Below are positions 23,961 to 38,124 of a stretch of 64,000 bases of DNA, piece by piece. The position numbers and the translations under genes were made by a program. The DNA is from Sphyrna mokarran (Eukaryota), in NCBI GenBank assembly GCA_024679065.1, contig JAGIQG010000009.1:107632001-107696000 (forward strand), given 5' to 3'. The notes beneath the pieces are model-generated. The model saw nothing but the letters and a program-made list of their open reading frames with translations. It ran no database searches and was not told the DNA's origin. Every line of letters begins with the position of its first letter. The stretch's first letter is position 1.

Positions 23961-26104
23961 ACAAGCTTTTAGAATGAAATTTTAAAAAAAGAATACCCGA
24001 CTTATTTGATAAAAAGGCAGAATATCTAAATTAGAATGTGGACACAAGGGAAGATCATTCAACCACTTGAATCTTTTTACTCCATTACTGGTCTGTGTTT
24101 CAATGTCATTTCCCACTCATTCCCCAATATCACTAAATACCTGTGAGTAACAAAAAAAACCTAGCAATGCCAGACTTTACATTAACTATTTGGCAATTTT
24201 TGTAGAATGGTGTTTTGGAATTCAATCCCTGTGCAAATAATCTAGGAAAAATCCTAAAACAAAATACAGTAAGATCTATCTTCTGTGATATAGATATGAT
24301 CAGCAATGTTCATGATATTTGGATATTACAAGTGTAATTTCACAAAATTGTGCACCCTCCAACATGTGACATGTAAATCCATCAGCTTCATGCTACACGA
24401 CTTGAGTATTGGTAAAAATGCTTTCCATTTTGTACTCAGCAGCTCTCATTCTCAAGAATACCAAATCTCAAAAGGAAAAACAATCTATAATACATGAGAA
24501 GAGGGTGCTGATTTGTTGCCAATTGGATTCGGATTGTAGAAAGGTTGCCATGGAGAATGCATGAGGGAGCCAAATGTTTTGCAGAGTTACTGATCAGTCA
24601 GGGGAACATATAAAGAAATGGCACAGTGGTTAGCACTGCTGCCTCACAGTACTAAAAATCCAGGTTTGATACCCAGCTTGGGCCGCTGTCTGTACATCCT
24701 CCTCATTTCTGCATGGGTTTACTCCAAGTTCTCTGGTTTCCTCCCATAGTCCAAAAGACATGCTGGCTCGGTATATTGGCTACGCTAAGTTCTTCGTCAA
24801 TGTATCTGAACAGACAACGGAGTGTTGCAAATAAGGGGATTTTCACAATAATTTCATTGCAGTGCTGATATATGCATACTTGTGCCAATAAATAAACCGG
24901 TGAATGGTAATATCCCATTCCCTTTTGTAAGTTACTGTTTGATTATTCTTCCACACTCTTTTAAGTAATGCAGCCTGTGGAAACCATTTGCCCATATTTA
25001 CTCTTAATGCGTTGAACATGTATTGAACATGATAGAATAATATCAGGCTGTCTAACAATTGGGCATAACTCAAATTCAATTGTTAATTGCACTCCCCTCA
25101 TTTTCCTTTAGGATATAGAGTTTTGTTTAAGTTATTGCAATACCAGGACTTTGCCCCCAGCCCGAACACACCCTCTCAGGTGTGTTCTTTTTGGATATTC
25201 TCTCCATGTTTGTCTTATCACCTTGTTTGTTCATTTACGGGATATGGGCCAGCTTTTATTGCCCATTCCAAACTGCTCTCAATTTTAGTAGGCATTTGGG
25301 AATCTGGGTTTCGAAGACAATGGTTTCATTATTAGAGTTCAATTCCAGATATTTGTGGAAGTCAAATTTCACCTTCTGCCATGGTGGGATTTGAAAGTGG
25401 GTCCTGGGCCTCTGACTTCCTAGTCTTATGGTTTGACCATTATGACACTGCCTCCCCTCCACCATGGGTGTATAGTCAGGCTTCATCACGATATGTGATC
25501 TGCATTTAAAAATAAAGCAAACTTTGCCACTCCATGTTAACGTAAGTGGTACATCTTTACTTGTTCTAAGCTGACAAGATAAACTTCAGTAGCACAATGC
25601 CTGCGACTGTGTCTGCAACTGATCTTGTGCAGAAATCATCAGGGCTGCAAATCTCCACAAATAGCAGCATAACTCCAGTCTGGTAATGACAACTGCAGTA
25701 TTATTCTCAGGTCATTTCTGGCCCAAAACAAGAATCAAGTGACAATACATTAAGATCCAACAGTTGATCTGAGAGGAGTATTTTCTTCCTCATGTGTCAG
25801 CTTTACCCTGAGAGATCCTGGCACTCAGTGTCTGTGTGTGTGTAAAAATGTTCTGTTTCCCAACTCTAGGTTTGCTGAATATCTTATACACCCTCCATCT
25901 ACCTAGTAAAGTTACTTTCTAATATTTTACAATCTTACTGGACTACCGTTCCCTTCTTTAATGAGTCAGCAATTTCATGACACCGTGCAAAGCTACTAAT
26001 CGCATATTCTCACTTCAACTTTTCACAGAAGAACAGGATGTAACTGCAGTAAAGCTGTGACATTTTAACTGACCTCAATGAATGGCAACCAATTAACCTG
26101 TTAC

Positions 26105-29100
26105 ATGGAAACATACATAGAGAATAGAAGCAGGAACAGGCCATTCAGCCCTTTGAGCCTGTTCTGCCATTCATAGTGATCATGGCTGAACATTGAATGT
26201 AATACCCTGATCCAGCCTTCTCCCCATATCAATGACCCATTTAGTCCCAAGAGTGAAATCTAATTGCTTCTTGAAATCATACAAAGCTTTGGCCTCTATT
26301 ACTTTTTGTGGAAGTGAATTCCACACATTCAGCAACTTCTGGGTGAAGAAATTTCTCCTCACTTCAGTTTACCCTTTATCCTCAAACTATGACCCTTAGT
26401 TCTGGACTCCCCCACCATTGGGAACATTCTTTCCAAATCCACCTTCTCTTATCCTGTTAGGATTTTATAGATTTCTGTGACATGCCCTCTCTAAACCCCA
26501 ATGAATATAATCCTAACTGTTAATCTCTCCTCATATGATAGCCCAGCCATCCCAGGAATCAGCCTGGGAAACTTTTGCTATATTTTCAACATAGAAAGAA
26601 CATCCTTCCTCACAAAAGGACACCAAAAGTGAACACAATACTTAAGGCGTGCCCTCACAAATGACCAATGCGATTGCAATAAAACATCCATATTCCTACC
26701 CTCAAATCCTCTCACTATGAAGGCCAACTTACCATTTTCCTTTTTTACTGCCTGTAGTAGACTTATTTTCAGTGATGGATGCACGGATGCACCAAAGTCT
26801 TGCTGAATATCCGCTTCTCTCAATTTATACCCATTCCAATAATAATCTGCCTTCTTATTTTTGCTACCAAAGTGGATAACCTCACATTTAGCCCCAGATG
26901 TATTTATACTGCACCTGCCATGCATATGCCCAGCCTGTCCAAGTCATGCTAAAGTATCCCTGCATTCTTTTCAGAGCTCACCCTCCCGCCAACTTTATAT
27001 CATCTGCAAATTTGGAGATAATATATTTAATTCCCTTGCCACAATCATTAATATATTATGTGAATATTTGGTGCCGAGCATAGATCCTTATGGTAACCAT
27101 AGCCTGCAAATTGGAAAAAGACCCATTTATTCCGATTCTTTGCTTCCTGTCTGCCAACCAGCTTTCAATCTATCTCAAAGCACTAACCCTCATTCCCATG
27201 TGCTTTAACTTTAACTGTGTGGCCACATTCCCCTCCAATTCAATTTTCAAATTTGCTGACAGCACGACTGTATTGGATCGTATCCCAAACAATGACAAGA
27301 CAGATTAGAGGAATGAGGTAGAGAATCTGATGATCTGGCATGGCAACAATAATCTCTCCCTCAATCTCAACATAACGAAGGAGATTGTCATCGACTTCAG
27401 AAAGCGTAGAGGAGAACATACCCCTGTCTACATCAATGGGGATAAAGTAGAAAGGGTTGAGAGCTTCAAGTTTTTAGGTGTCCAGATCATGAACAACATG
27501 TTCCGGTCCCTTCCGAGCCGACACTATAGTTAAGAAAACCCACCAGCTCCTCTACTTTCCCAGAAGATTTGGCATGTCAAACACGACCCTCACCAACATT
27601 TACAGTTGCATCATAGAAAGCATTTTTTCTGGTTGTATCACAGCTTGGTATGGCTCCTGCTCTGCCCAAGACTGCAAGGAACTATAAAAGGTTGTGAATG
27701 TAGCCTAATCCATTAGGCAGACCAGCCTCCCTCAAACCAGACTGTCTACACTTCCCACAACTTCAGCAAATCTGCCAGCATAATTAAGAGTCACATGCAC
27801 CCAGGACATTTTCTCTTCCACCTTCTTCCTTTGGGAAAAAGATACAGAAGTTTAAGGTCTCGTACCAACCAACTCAAGAACAGTTTCTTCCCTGCTGCTG
27901 TCAGACTTTTGAATGGACTTACCTCGCATTAATTTGATCTTTCTCTATACCCTAGCTATGACTGTAACACTACATTCTGCCCTCTTTCCTTTCCTTCTCT
28001 GTGAATGATATGTCCTGTCTGTATAGCGTGCAAGAAACAATATTTTTCACTTAATGTTAATACATGTGACACTAATGATTCAAATCAAATCAAAAATCAA
28101 ACTTCACATAGTAGTCTGCTATTTCAGACCTTGTCAAAAGCCTTCTGAAAATCTAAATAAACCACATCTACTTGTTCTGCCTTGTCACCTCTACTAGTTA
28201 CATCTTCAAAGGATTCTAGTAAGATTTGTCAAGCATGATTTCCCTTGTATAAATCAGTACTGACATTGTCTATAATACCAAATGTTATTCTGTGAAATCC
28301 TTGATAATAGATTCCAGCAAATTCCCTACTATGAATGGTAGATTCGGTGATTTATAGATCCCTTTTCTTTATCTTTTAACCCCCTTTATGAATAATGGGC
28401 TTATATTACCACTCCAGATTTCAGGAATTTTGGAAAATAGCCACCAATGGATCTACTATTTCTAGGGCCGTTCCTTAAGTGTGCTGGGATGAAGATTATC
28501 AGGCCCTGGAGACTTGTTCACCTTCAGTCCTATTGATTTCCCAAAACCATTTCCCTACTAATACTGATTTCCTTAAGTTCCTCACTAAAACTTGTGTTTT
28601 GGAGAACTTCTGATATATTATTCATGTCTCCCTTTGTGAAGACAGAAACAAAGTGCAAATGTATTTTGTCAGCCATTTCTTTGTTCCCTGCTGTGAATTC
28701 CCCCATTTCTGACAGCAAGGATTCATTTTTGTCAATCTTATTCTCTTTACAGACCTATAGAAACTTTTACAGTCAGTTATTATGTTTCGCATTAGTTTAC
28801 TTCCGTACTCTATTTTCCCCTTCTTAATCAATCCCTTGGTCCTCCTTTGCTGAATTTTAAACTGCTGCAAATCTTCAGATTTTTTTCATCAATTTGTAGG
28901 CTTCTTCATCAAATCTAATTTCCCTTGTACACCATGGTTTGGTCATAATTTCTATTTCACTCTTGCACCAAATAGGAATAAACAGCTTTTGCAGTTCATC
29001 CATTCATTCCTTGAATGCCTGTCATCGCCTGTCCTCTGTCCATCCATTCAGCAATATTTCCCAATCCATGATAGCCAACTCAGCCCTCATGCTATCATAA

Positions 29101-29310
29101 CTATATTTGTTGAGATTCATGACTCTGGTCTCAGAAGCAACTACCTCATTATCGTGGTAAATAATGCTAAGGTCACTTGTCTGCAAGGATTCTCTCACAA
29201 CTTGATTGCTAACTAATCATTTCTCATTGCACAATACCCAGTCCAAGATGCCATGTCCTCTTGTTGGCTCCTTAATGTATTGGTCCAGAGCACCATCCTA
29301 TATCCACTCT
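26105..29310 (-). mobile_element. Decayed CR1 LINE ORF2 split by the Rex-type insertion
   Basis: KCEVIHFG, RARLKYC, RRNFFTQK and FVSVFTK motifs in broken frames. Confidence 0.85.
27215..28100 (+). mobile_element. 5'-truncated Rex1/Babar-type LINE nested in a CR1
   Basis: KFADSTTV, NNNLSLN, TKEIVIDFRK, VERVESFKFLGV motifs and a (CAAAT)n tail. Minus-strand CR1 sequence resumes on both sides. Confidence 0.8.
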
Positions 29311-29710
29311 ATTGATCCATTGCTCTGCTCAGCAATTTCAGCTATGATATCTTAATCTTATTGACATTCGCAGTAATTTGCAGAGCAATTTGTTTTTGAA
29401 ATTATTTTTCCAATAACTGTCCACTAATTATGTAGTCACAGAGCAATTTAGTTCACAAAACGTTTGCCAATTATTAGTGACTTCATAATAGGTAGCAACG
29501 TGCATTACCCATATCATGAATCCTGTGCTAAATATAACTTGGAATAAAATCCTAATCAGAAATAATTTCTAACAGCCCTGCAAAGTCATCCTTGTGAACA
29601 TCAGAGGACTTGTGGCAAAATTGGAAGCTGTCTCACAGAAAAAAGCAAGGAACAGCCTGACATAGCCATGCACACAGAATTGTATCTTATAATGTCTCAG
29701 ATACCACATC

Positions 29711-31137
29711 GATTTGTAATATATATAAATGACTTGGAAGAGGGAATAAGTGGAGTGATCAACAAGTTTGCAGACGATACAAAGATGGCTGGGCTTGCGG
29801 GTAGTGAGGAGCATTGTCAGGCAATGCAGCAGGACATAGGTAGGCTGGTAGCTTGGGCAGGTAGATGGAGATGGAATTCAATCCTGATAAATGCGAGGTG
29901 ATGCATTTTTGGAGAAAGAATGTAGGGGGGAGGTATATGATAAAGGGTAGACCTATTAAGAGTATAGAAATGCAGAGGGACCTGGCGGTGCAGGTGCACA
30001 AGTCTCTGAAGGTGGCAGAGGAAGTGGAGAAGGTTGTGAAGAAAACATATGGTATGTTAGCCTTTATAGGAAGGGGTATAGAGTACAAGAGCTGGCCTTT
30101 AATGTTGCAGTTGTATGAAACGTTGGTTAGACCTCATTTGGAATACTGCATCCAGTTCTGGTTGCCTTACTACCGGAAGGACGTGGAGACTTTGGAGAGA
30201 GTGCAGAGGAGGTTTACCAGGATGCTGCCTGGTATGGAAGGTCTGAGTTACGAGGAGAGGTTAGGCAAATTGGGACTGTTTTCCTTAGAAAGACATAGGC
30301 TTAGAGGAGGTCTAATGGAGGTGTACAAGATTACGAAGGGTATAGATAGAGTAAACAGGGTTAAGCTTTTTCCTAGGATGGACTCGAATAGGATGAGGGG
30401 TCACGGGCTTAGGGCGAGGCGGGTAAGGTATAATTTGGATGCCAGAGGGAGTTTTTTCACACAGAGGGTGGTGGGGGTATGGAATGCGCTGCCAAGTAAA
30501 GTGGTGGAAACAGGCACTCTAGAGTTATTTAAGAAATACTTATACGGGCACATGAACAGAATGAGAATGGAGGGGTATAGAAAACTGATTTAAAATAGGG
30601 ATCATGAGCCTTGGGAATTCCTGGGAAGTGTGTAAATAGATGATGATATTGATGTACTTGTTTTTATCCTACAAGTGCTTTAGTCCACCTTGTTGTCTAA
30701 CAAGGAGCATACACGAGATGGGTCGTGAGAAGGCTGCTCTTGGATTTTTTTTTGAAAGTATCCTAGTGCTTCACCTAGTTAGTGTGTGCTTGACCTGGAC
30801 CATTTAATGGGCAACACGATAGCTCAGTGACTATTGCTGTGCTGTGCAGATACATGGATTTGGGCCTGTGTCTGTGGGAGTTTGCGCATTCTCCCCGTGC
30901 TTGCGTGGGTTTTCTCCGGGTGCTCCGGTTTCCTCCCACATCCCAAACATGTGCTCTTAAGCTAATTGACAAAACAAATTCTCCCTAAATTGTCTCAAAT
31001 TTGGTTTTTAATCCATAGATCTATAAACACAGACAGGGATCACGGGTACAGGTGGGGACATCGGAGTGGCGGTGCGGGCTTGTTGGGCCGAAGGGCCTGT
31101 TTCCCGTGCAGTTTTGTTCGTTGTTCTTTGTTCTTTA
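29711..31137 (+). mobile_element. Young 5'-truncated CR1 LINE (RT C-terminus, one frameshift, long 3'UTR, GTTCTT-type tail)
   Basis: IYINDL, KFADDTK, FNPDKCEVMHF, LVRPHLEYC, LERVQRRFTRM and FFTQRVV motifs; 242-aa ORF at 29865-30593. It interrupts an older LINE endonuclease remnant (about 29580-29710 and 31138-31265). Confidence 0.9.
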
Positions 31138-33249
31138 TCTCTATCCCTCGGTATGTCCTGTCCCACCGATAGGATCAATCCGGAAGAAGTGGCATTATAG
31201 TGGTAGACAGTCGAAAATTGCCTTAGGAGTCCTCAAAAACGCCTTCAAATCTCATGAATCTCATGAGTGGAGCAGTGTTGCTTCAGATGCATTGTGCGAT
31301 AATTAAAAGGAAATATTCAGTGGTGCTACTGGAAGGGGACAGGGAATTTTGCCTCAGTGTCCTACTGGTTTTCACTTTTCAATCAACATTACAATGACGA
31401 ATCAGCTACTCATTACCTCACTGCTGCTTGTGGTAGCTTACTGTTTGCAATCTGGCTGCTGCATTATCTTTACTAAGATAGTGAGCACGCTGCATGGATT
31501 AGATAGAGAGTTTGGAAGTCCTGAGGTCATAAAGGGCGCTATGTCAATGCAATTTCCTATTCCCTTTCTCGGCTATAAAGCGAAAGTGAGTTGACAGCCT
31601 GTTTTACTGCTCAGTGATTCTGTGTTTCCATCGATTTGCTTGAAAGATGCCACCATTCATTGTAGGGACAACAATTCACTTTATCCAGAAACTCAATATA
31701 ATACAATGTGGAGAAATAATATATTTGATATTTTCCCAGCCACCCAGATTTTATCCTTTCAGGTCAGATGGGCAATGCCGGCAAGACCAACGGCTCAAAC
31801 ACTTCCCCAATTGCCCTTGAAAAGATGTTGGTGAGCTGCCTCTTACAGTCCAGGCAGTGTAGTTACAGTGTTGTTAGGGAGAGCCATTGAATATACTTAA
31901 AGCTGAGTTGAATAGACTTTATACTGGCAATGAGTTATGCTGGGATAAGGGAGAAATGTGGATTTGAACCATATCAGATCACTCATGATTTTACTCACTG
32001 TTGGGATAGGCTCAAGGGGCTGATTCTATCAGCCTTTAATGTTGCAGTTGTATAAAACGTTAGACCTCATTTGGAATACTGCGTCCAGCCTACTTCTGTT
32101 TCTACTCCTTGTACCTTTATTTAATTGACTCCTACATTACAAAACAAAAATGCATAATTTACTTTATTTATTCACTCATGGAATTTGGGCATTCAGGGCA
32201 AAGTCAGCAGGACAGTTAAGAGTCAGCTGTAAATCTGGAGTCACATGTCGGTCACATTTGGTAAGAGTAGCAGATTTCCTTCCTTAACTAACATTCGCAG
32301 AAGCACAGAATCCTACTGTGCAGAAGGAGGCCTTTTGGCCCATTGAGCCTGCACTAACCACAATCCTACCCAGACCTTATACCAATGACCCCATGCATTT
32401 TCTCTAGCTAGTCCCCCTAACACTAAGCGGCAAATTACCATGGCCAATCCACCTAAGCTGCACATCTTTACACTAACACTGCAATGAAGTTGCAAGAATT
32501 GTGAAAATCCCCCAGTCGCCACTCTCCGATGCCTCTTTGGGTACTCTGAGGGAGAATTTAGCACAGCCAATGCACCCTAGCTAGCACATCTTTCGAAGGA
32601 AACTGGAGCGTCCGAGGAAACCCATACAGACACGGGGAGAATATGCAAACTTCACACAGACAGTGACCCGAGCTGGGAATTGAACATGGGCCCCTGGTGC
32701 TGTGAGGTGGCAATGCTAACCACCGTGCTGCCCAAAGCATTCATGTGCTAGCTGAGTTTTTGTTTTATAGAAATCAATGGTAGCTGTCATCATTATCCTT
32801 TCTGAGACTGGCTTTATATTCCATGAAGTGAATTTACGGGTATTATCATTTCAAGCTTCTTAAATGCCATTTTGTTTCTTGCTCCAGCCTTAATGTTTAG
32901 GTCCATCCTAGTCACAAGCCCATTTCTCGCTGGGAAAACAGTGATTCCCACTTAAATATCCAGTTACACTCTTGGCTCAACCTGACCCCGGAATGTAGCA
33001 ACACTTGGAAAATGTCACAATTCAGCATCTAAAGCCTACAGCAGTTAACCAGATCCATCCATCCAGAGAACATGCGCATTAGAAGAAGATCCCATCACAG
33101 TCCCTCCCATCCAGCAGCTCCAGATCGCTTCCACTCCCCTCTTCACCCACTACCCCCAATCCTGGAGCTTGTCTTCTCAAGCACAGCCCGAGGGTGGGTT
33201 CTATCCCCAGCCAGCCTGAAGATTAAAGTTTTCAGTTAGCCCAACCTGT

Positions 33250-33470
33250 CATAGTAAGAAGCCTCACAACACCAGGTTAAAGTCCAACAGATTTATTTGG
33301 TATCATGAGCTTGTGGAGCACCACTGCTTCATCAGGTGAGTAACTCACCTGAGGAAGGAGCAGAGCTCCAAAAGCTCATGATACTCAATAAACCAGGGCT
33401 TTAACCTGGTATTGTGAGACTTCTTACTGTGCTTACTCCAGTCCAATGCTGGCATTTCCACATCATGGCT
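33250..33470. mobile_element. Older Penelope-type palindromic element
   Basis: aagaagcctcacaacaccaggttaaag...ctttaacctggtattgtgagacttctt inverted arms with decayed CTGA(T/G)GA cores. Confidence 0.7.
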
Positions 33471-34667
33471 ACCTCTCCTTGTTTACTTGTGATCAAATCT
33501 GTTTGTTTTATATGATTTTTAAAATGTTGCCGTATTTGCATATTCAGTTTTTATAATCCAGTGGGATGAAAGATGGATGGTCAGCAAACTTCTCTCTCAG
33601 GCAGCAGAGACCATAGTGGCACAATGGTTAGCGCTGCTGCCTCACAGAGCCAGGGACCCAGATTCCCAGCTTGGGTCACTGACTGTGCGAAGTTTGCATA
33701 TTCTCCCCGTGTCTGTATGGGTTTGCTCGGACGCTCCAGTTTCCTCCGAAAGATGTGCTAGCTAGGGTGCATTGGCTGCGCTAAATTCTCCCTCAGAGTA
33801 CCCAAACAGGCGCCGGAGTGTGGCGACTGGGGGATTTTCACAATTCTTGCAACTTCATTGCAGTGTTAATGTGAAGCTATTTGTGACACTGATAAATAAG
33901 CTTTAAATTCAATCCACAGTGGAGATATCCTAAAAAATAGGCAAAGAATAAAAAAAAGGAATTCAAAATGCAGCAAAAATGCAAATGGGAGAGTCGAGCA
34001 GTGAAAAACTACATGCCAATTCATTGGAGAATGTTAAGTGTGATAAAATCTTCAAGAAAATTCAGAAACTATTGAGCAACGGGATAAAATTATCAATTAA
34101 CAGTAGCAGGGGGATTGATTTTGCTGCATTTATTGAATAATTAATGATGCAGTGAATCAACTAAATTTTCTTGAAATATATACATTTGTCTGAGAATTAA
34201 CATGTAATTTCAGTCCCCAAAATATTCTGTTTTCGATTACCAGAAAAATATTGTTATCCCATTAACTATAAGAACTTGAGACGTTGGAAACTGTAGTGTA
34301 GTTATTTCCTGTGAATTCTTACAGACATTGAGCTGTAAAAGCAGCGGATGTTGGCAGTTTTAAAGTCACACTCTTGTCGAAAAATAGGACACCGCTGGTG
34401 AAAAGGGACTTCCACGTTGTTCACTGACCTAATTTCAGCTGGTTTTGCTGAAGTAAAGTGCCACTTGTTTACTACTTATTCGTATTCCAATGGAAATAAA
34501 GATCTGGCGATTTCCTTGGCATGCGGTGACAAGAAATAGAAGCAGGAGGAAGCCACCAGGTTCTTCAATCCTGCCCTGCCATTAAATGCAGTCATGTCTA
34601 ATCTGTGTAGGCCTCAGCTCCTTTTCTGCGCCATTTCCCTGTAGCCTTCTGTTCCTTGATCTATCTG

Positions 34668-35195
34668 TGTGGCCGCATTTGGAGTATTACGTACAGTTCT
34701 AGTCGCCGCATTATAGGAAGGATGTGGAAGCATTGGAAAGAGTGCGGAGGAGATTTATCAGAATGTTTCCTGTTATGGTGGGAAGGTTTTATGAGGAAAG
34801 GCTGAGGGACCTGTTTTTGTTAAAGAGAAGAAGATTAAGAGATGATTTAAGAGAGCATATAAGATGATCAGAGGATTAGATAGGGTGGACAGTGAGATCC
34901 GTTTTCCTCGGATGGAGATGACTAGCACAAGGGGACATAGCTTTACATCGAGGAGTGATAGATATAGGGCAGATGTCAGAGGTAGCTTCTTTACTCAGAG
35001 AGTAATAAGGGCATGGAATGCCCTGCCTGCAATGGCAGTGGATTTGCCAACATTAAGGGCATTTAAATGGTCATTGGTTAATCATATGGATGATATTGGA
35101 ATAGTATAGGTTAGATGGTTTTAGATTGGTTTCACAGGTCAGCACAACATTGAGGGCTGAAGGGCCGGTACTGCACTATAATGTTCTATGTTCTA
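34668..35195 (+). mobile_element. CR1 3' fragment
   Basis: RPHLEY-like start, FFTQRVIRAWNALP, (TTCTA) tail. Confidence 0.85.
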
Positions 35196-38124
35196 AATAT
35201 GTATTTACCTCCACTTTAAATGGTTCTGATGGTCTAGCCTATACCATCCTTTAGGGCAGAAAATTCCAGAGAAGGAGAGTCCAATGCACCTCAGTGTTAA
35301 ACTGTAATGCCAATTTTACGCTTGAGTTGGAAGTCGATGATGGATTGAGGATCAATGGTTTTATGGCAAAATGAGGACAGAAACATTATTATGATTTATT
35401 TTAAATCTTAATTGCAACACGAAAGCAATTAAAATAGAAAGAAGTCGAATAATTAAACATTTAATGGTCGACTAAGTGTAGATTATATTCCTTGTCCTAA
35501 GGCAATTTTTTTTACTGAAATCCTGAATTTAATGGATCGGGTAATAAATGGGAAATATTATTAACTCGGATATAAAATTTTAAATTATATCCAACAACAC
35601 CACATAGGCCATATAGTAGAATGAGTGTTGTTGAAGAAAGAAACATGCTGTCGAAGCTTTTCACTGAACATTCATCAGGACTGATGCTAATTTCAAGGGT
35701 ACAGCAATTCATGTTACACTAGAGAAGAATGCAGCTCAATTGGCAAATTGACATTGATTAGTTGAGGTGTTCCCATGAAGAATGAGCCAAGAAACTATTG
35801 CCCCACGTGTTTCTGTCTAATTCAGGGAGGTGCAAAGCTTAATGAGTTTGTGAAATACACAGCGAGCATTGTTTCTGCTTGAAAAGTTCAGGTTCTTGCA
35901 TATGAATATATGTTGCTTCTAAAAAGCATAAGTCAACCACATTGCAAACCTGATAGATAATCTGATTGTTCAAAAAGTGCATCCATTGCTAAATCACAAC
36001 TAAGTTCTGGTATTACATTATGAGTATTGCAACATGGCCTTGTTTAACACAGATATAATACTATGTTTAATGTTTTGCCCGTAGTAAGGGACATGATGTT
36101 TGATATCATCCATCAGCCATTGTGCTGTGCAGCCTAACAAAATAGCATCACTGAAATTCATATGCATTATTGTACACTGATATTGTAGACAGAAGGTCAT
36201 TTCAGTATTATTCTATTAGGGGACATTTCACTCGTATTCCTACTGAAATTTAGCAACTTACTTCACCCGTTGCTGAAATGTTTGAGATAACTATCCTTCC
36301 AGTAATTTTGAGGCACTTTTCAGGTCTGAAATTTGTGATCTTTAATCTGCTTGTGAAATATACAGTGACCAATGATCTGATCAGGGTAGCGACTGTTCTG
36401 AAGGATAGCTTTGATCTGCACTATTCTGGCATCACACTTCATGATAAACAAACAGTTCTGGCTCTGGTTATCAGGTTACCGATAAAGCCAATCAGAGAAT
36501 ATAGAATGCAAAAAAGGCCATTCAGCCCATCGAGCCTGCACCAAGAATGATCCTGCTCAGGCTCTAAGCCTCTGACCCTATATATTTACCCTGCTAATCC
36601 TCCTGACACTAATGGACAATTTATCATGGCCAATCCGCCTAAACTGCAAATCTTAGCACTGTGAGAGGAAACCAGAGCACCCAGAGGTAACCCACACAGA
36701 CACGGGGAGAACGTGCAAACTCCACACAGACAGTGAACAAAGACAGGAATTGAACTGCAGTCCCTGGTGCTGTGACATAGCAGTGCTAACTACTGTTCCA
36801 CTGTACCGCTCGTAAGCTACACATATGAGCAATGATTTGTATATTCTAGGAGAAATATCATGTCCAGACATTGCATCTTTTTTGAATTAAAGAGAAGCAC
36901 ATAGGATAACAATTTCTTGCTACGCTCTCCATGGCAACATCTCGACTAATCAAAGTTGACTTGCTAGCCAATTATCACTTTCTTTTCATTCAGTGTAAAT
37001 TGTCTCCTTTGAAATTAGACACTCTTGCATCTGTCCTTATCAGTACAAGAAGAACAGTTTCATTAATACACTTGTTTTTTTGCAGCAATATTTAAATTCT
37101 GTACTACCAAGTGGCCATGCTGAACTATAGAAGGAAAGTTGAAAATGCCTAACTTTGAATATAACTTTTATGGATATCAGGTGAAGGCTGCTTTGTATAT
37201 TTCTCTGCACCAAAGTAACTTCAAGGACTCTTTGAGAAAGATTTTCTACTTAACATACAGCCTTTCAACTGGGGAATAAAAAGTGACCATCTAAAATAGA
37301 CCCTACATGATGCACAGCGGTTAACACTCACAGCGCCAGGCATCCGGATTCAATTGTCGGATTGGGTCACTGTTTATGCAAAGCCTGCATGTTCTCTTCA
37401 TGTCTGCATGGATTTGCTCAGGTTTCCTCCCACAGTCTAAAAGACATGCTGATTAGGCACCATGCTAATTTCACTTCAGTATACTCAAACAGGCCAAACA
37501 CAAAGCCTAATCCCCACTCAACTGATGAAGGCACAGTGCTCCGTAAGCCTGTGATGTCAAATAAACCTGTTGGACTTCAACCTGGTGTTATGAGACTTTT
37601 TATTGCGTCTATCCAAACAGGCGCCAGAGTGTGTGGCTAGGGGATTTTCATAGTTATTTCACTGCAGCCTTAGTGTAAGCCGACGTATGACAACCATAAA
37701 TAAACTTTAAACTTTACAGTTTCCATTCAAATCTCCATAAATCATCCCAGTGACTCTAAACTATCCCTAACTGAAAGGAACTCCCAAATTTGTGTTGGAT
37801 ATTTGTTAGAATTTGCAATAAATGGGATGATTCCAGTTAGAATTTGTAATAGTTGGTCGGATCCTGAGGAACACAGAGCATATATAGAGGAACAGATGGA
37901 CTGCATGTCGCAGATATTTTAACGTAAAAATAGGTAGATAAAGTGGTTATTAAGGTGTCCCAGGTTTTTTATCTGAAGCTTTAAGGACAAAAGCAGGGAG
38001 ACTATATGAGAGCTATATTACATACAGGGAATGCTGCCCTGTAGCTGTAATATTGCAAGAACTGGAACCGAGATATCCCGTTTGAGATCCCAGCAGGCAT
38101 GATTTGAAATATAACAATGTTACC

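Noticed and set aside
29865-30593. 242-aa ORF as a host gene
   Set aside because: It is the C-terminus of CR1 ORF2 in a 5'-truncated, frameshifted insertion.
33349-33380. Hammerhead cores in older Penelope copies (also about 37522, 43311, 55370, 59965)
   Set aside because: Catalytic box nucleotides (GAAA or CUGANGA) are mutated, so they are presumed inactive.
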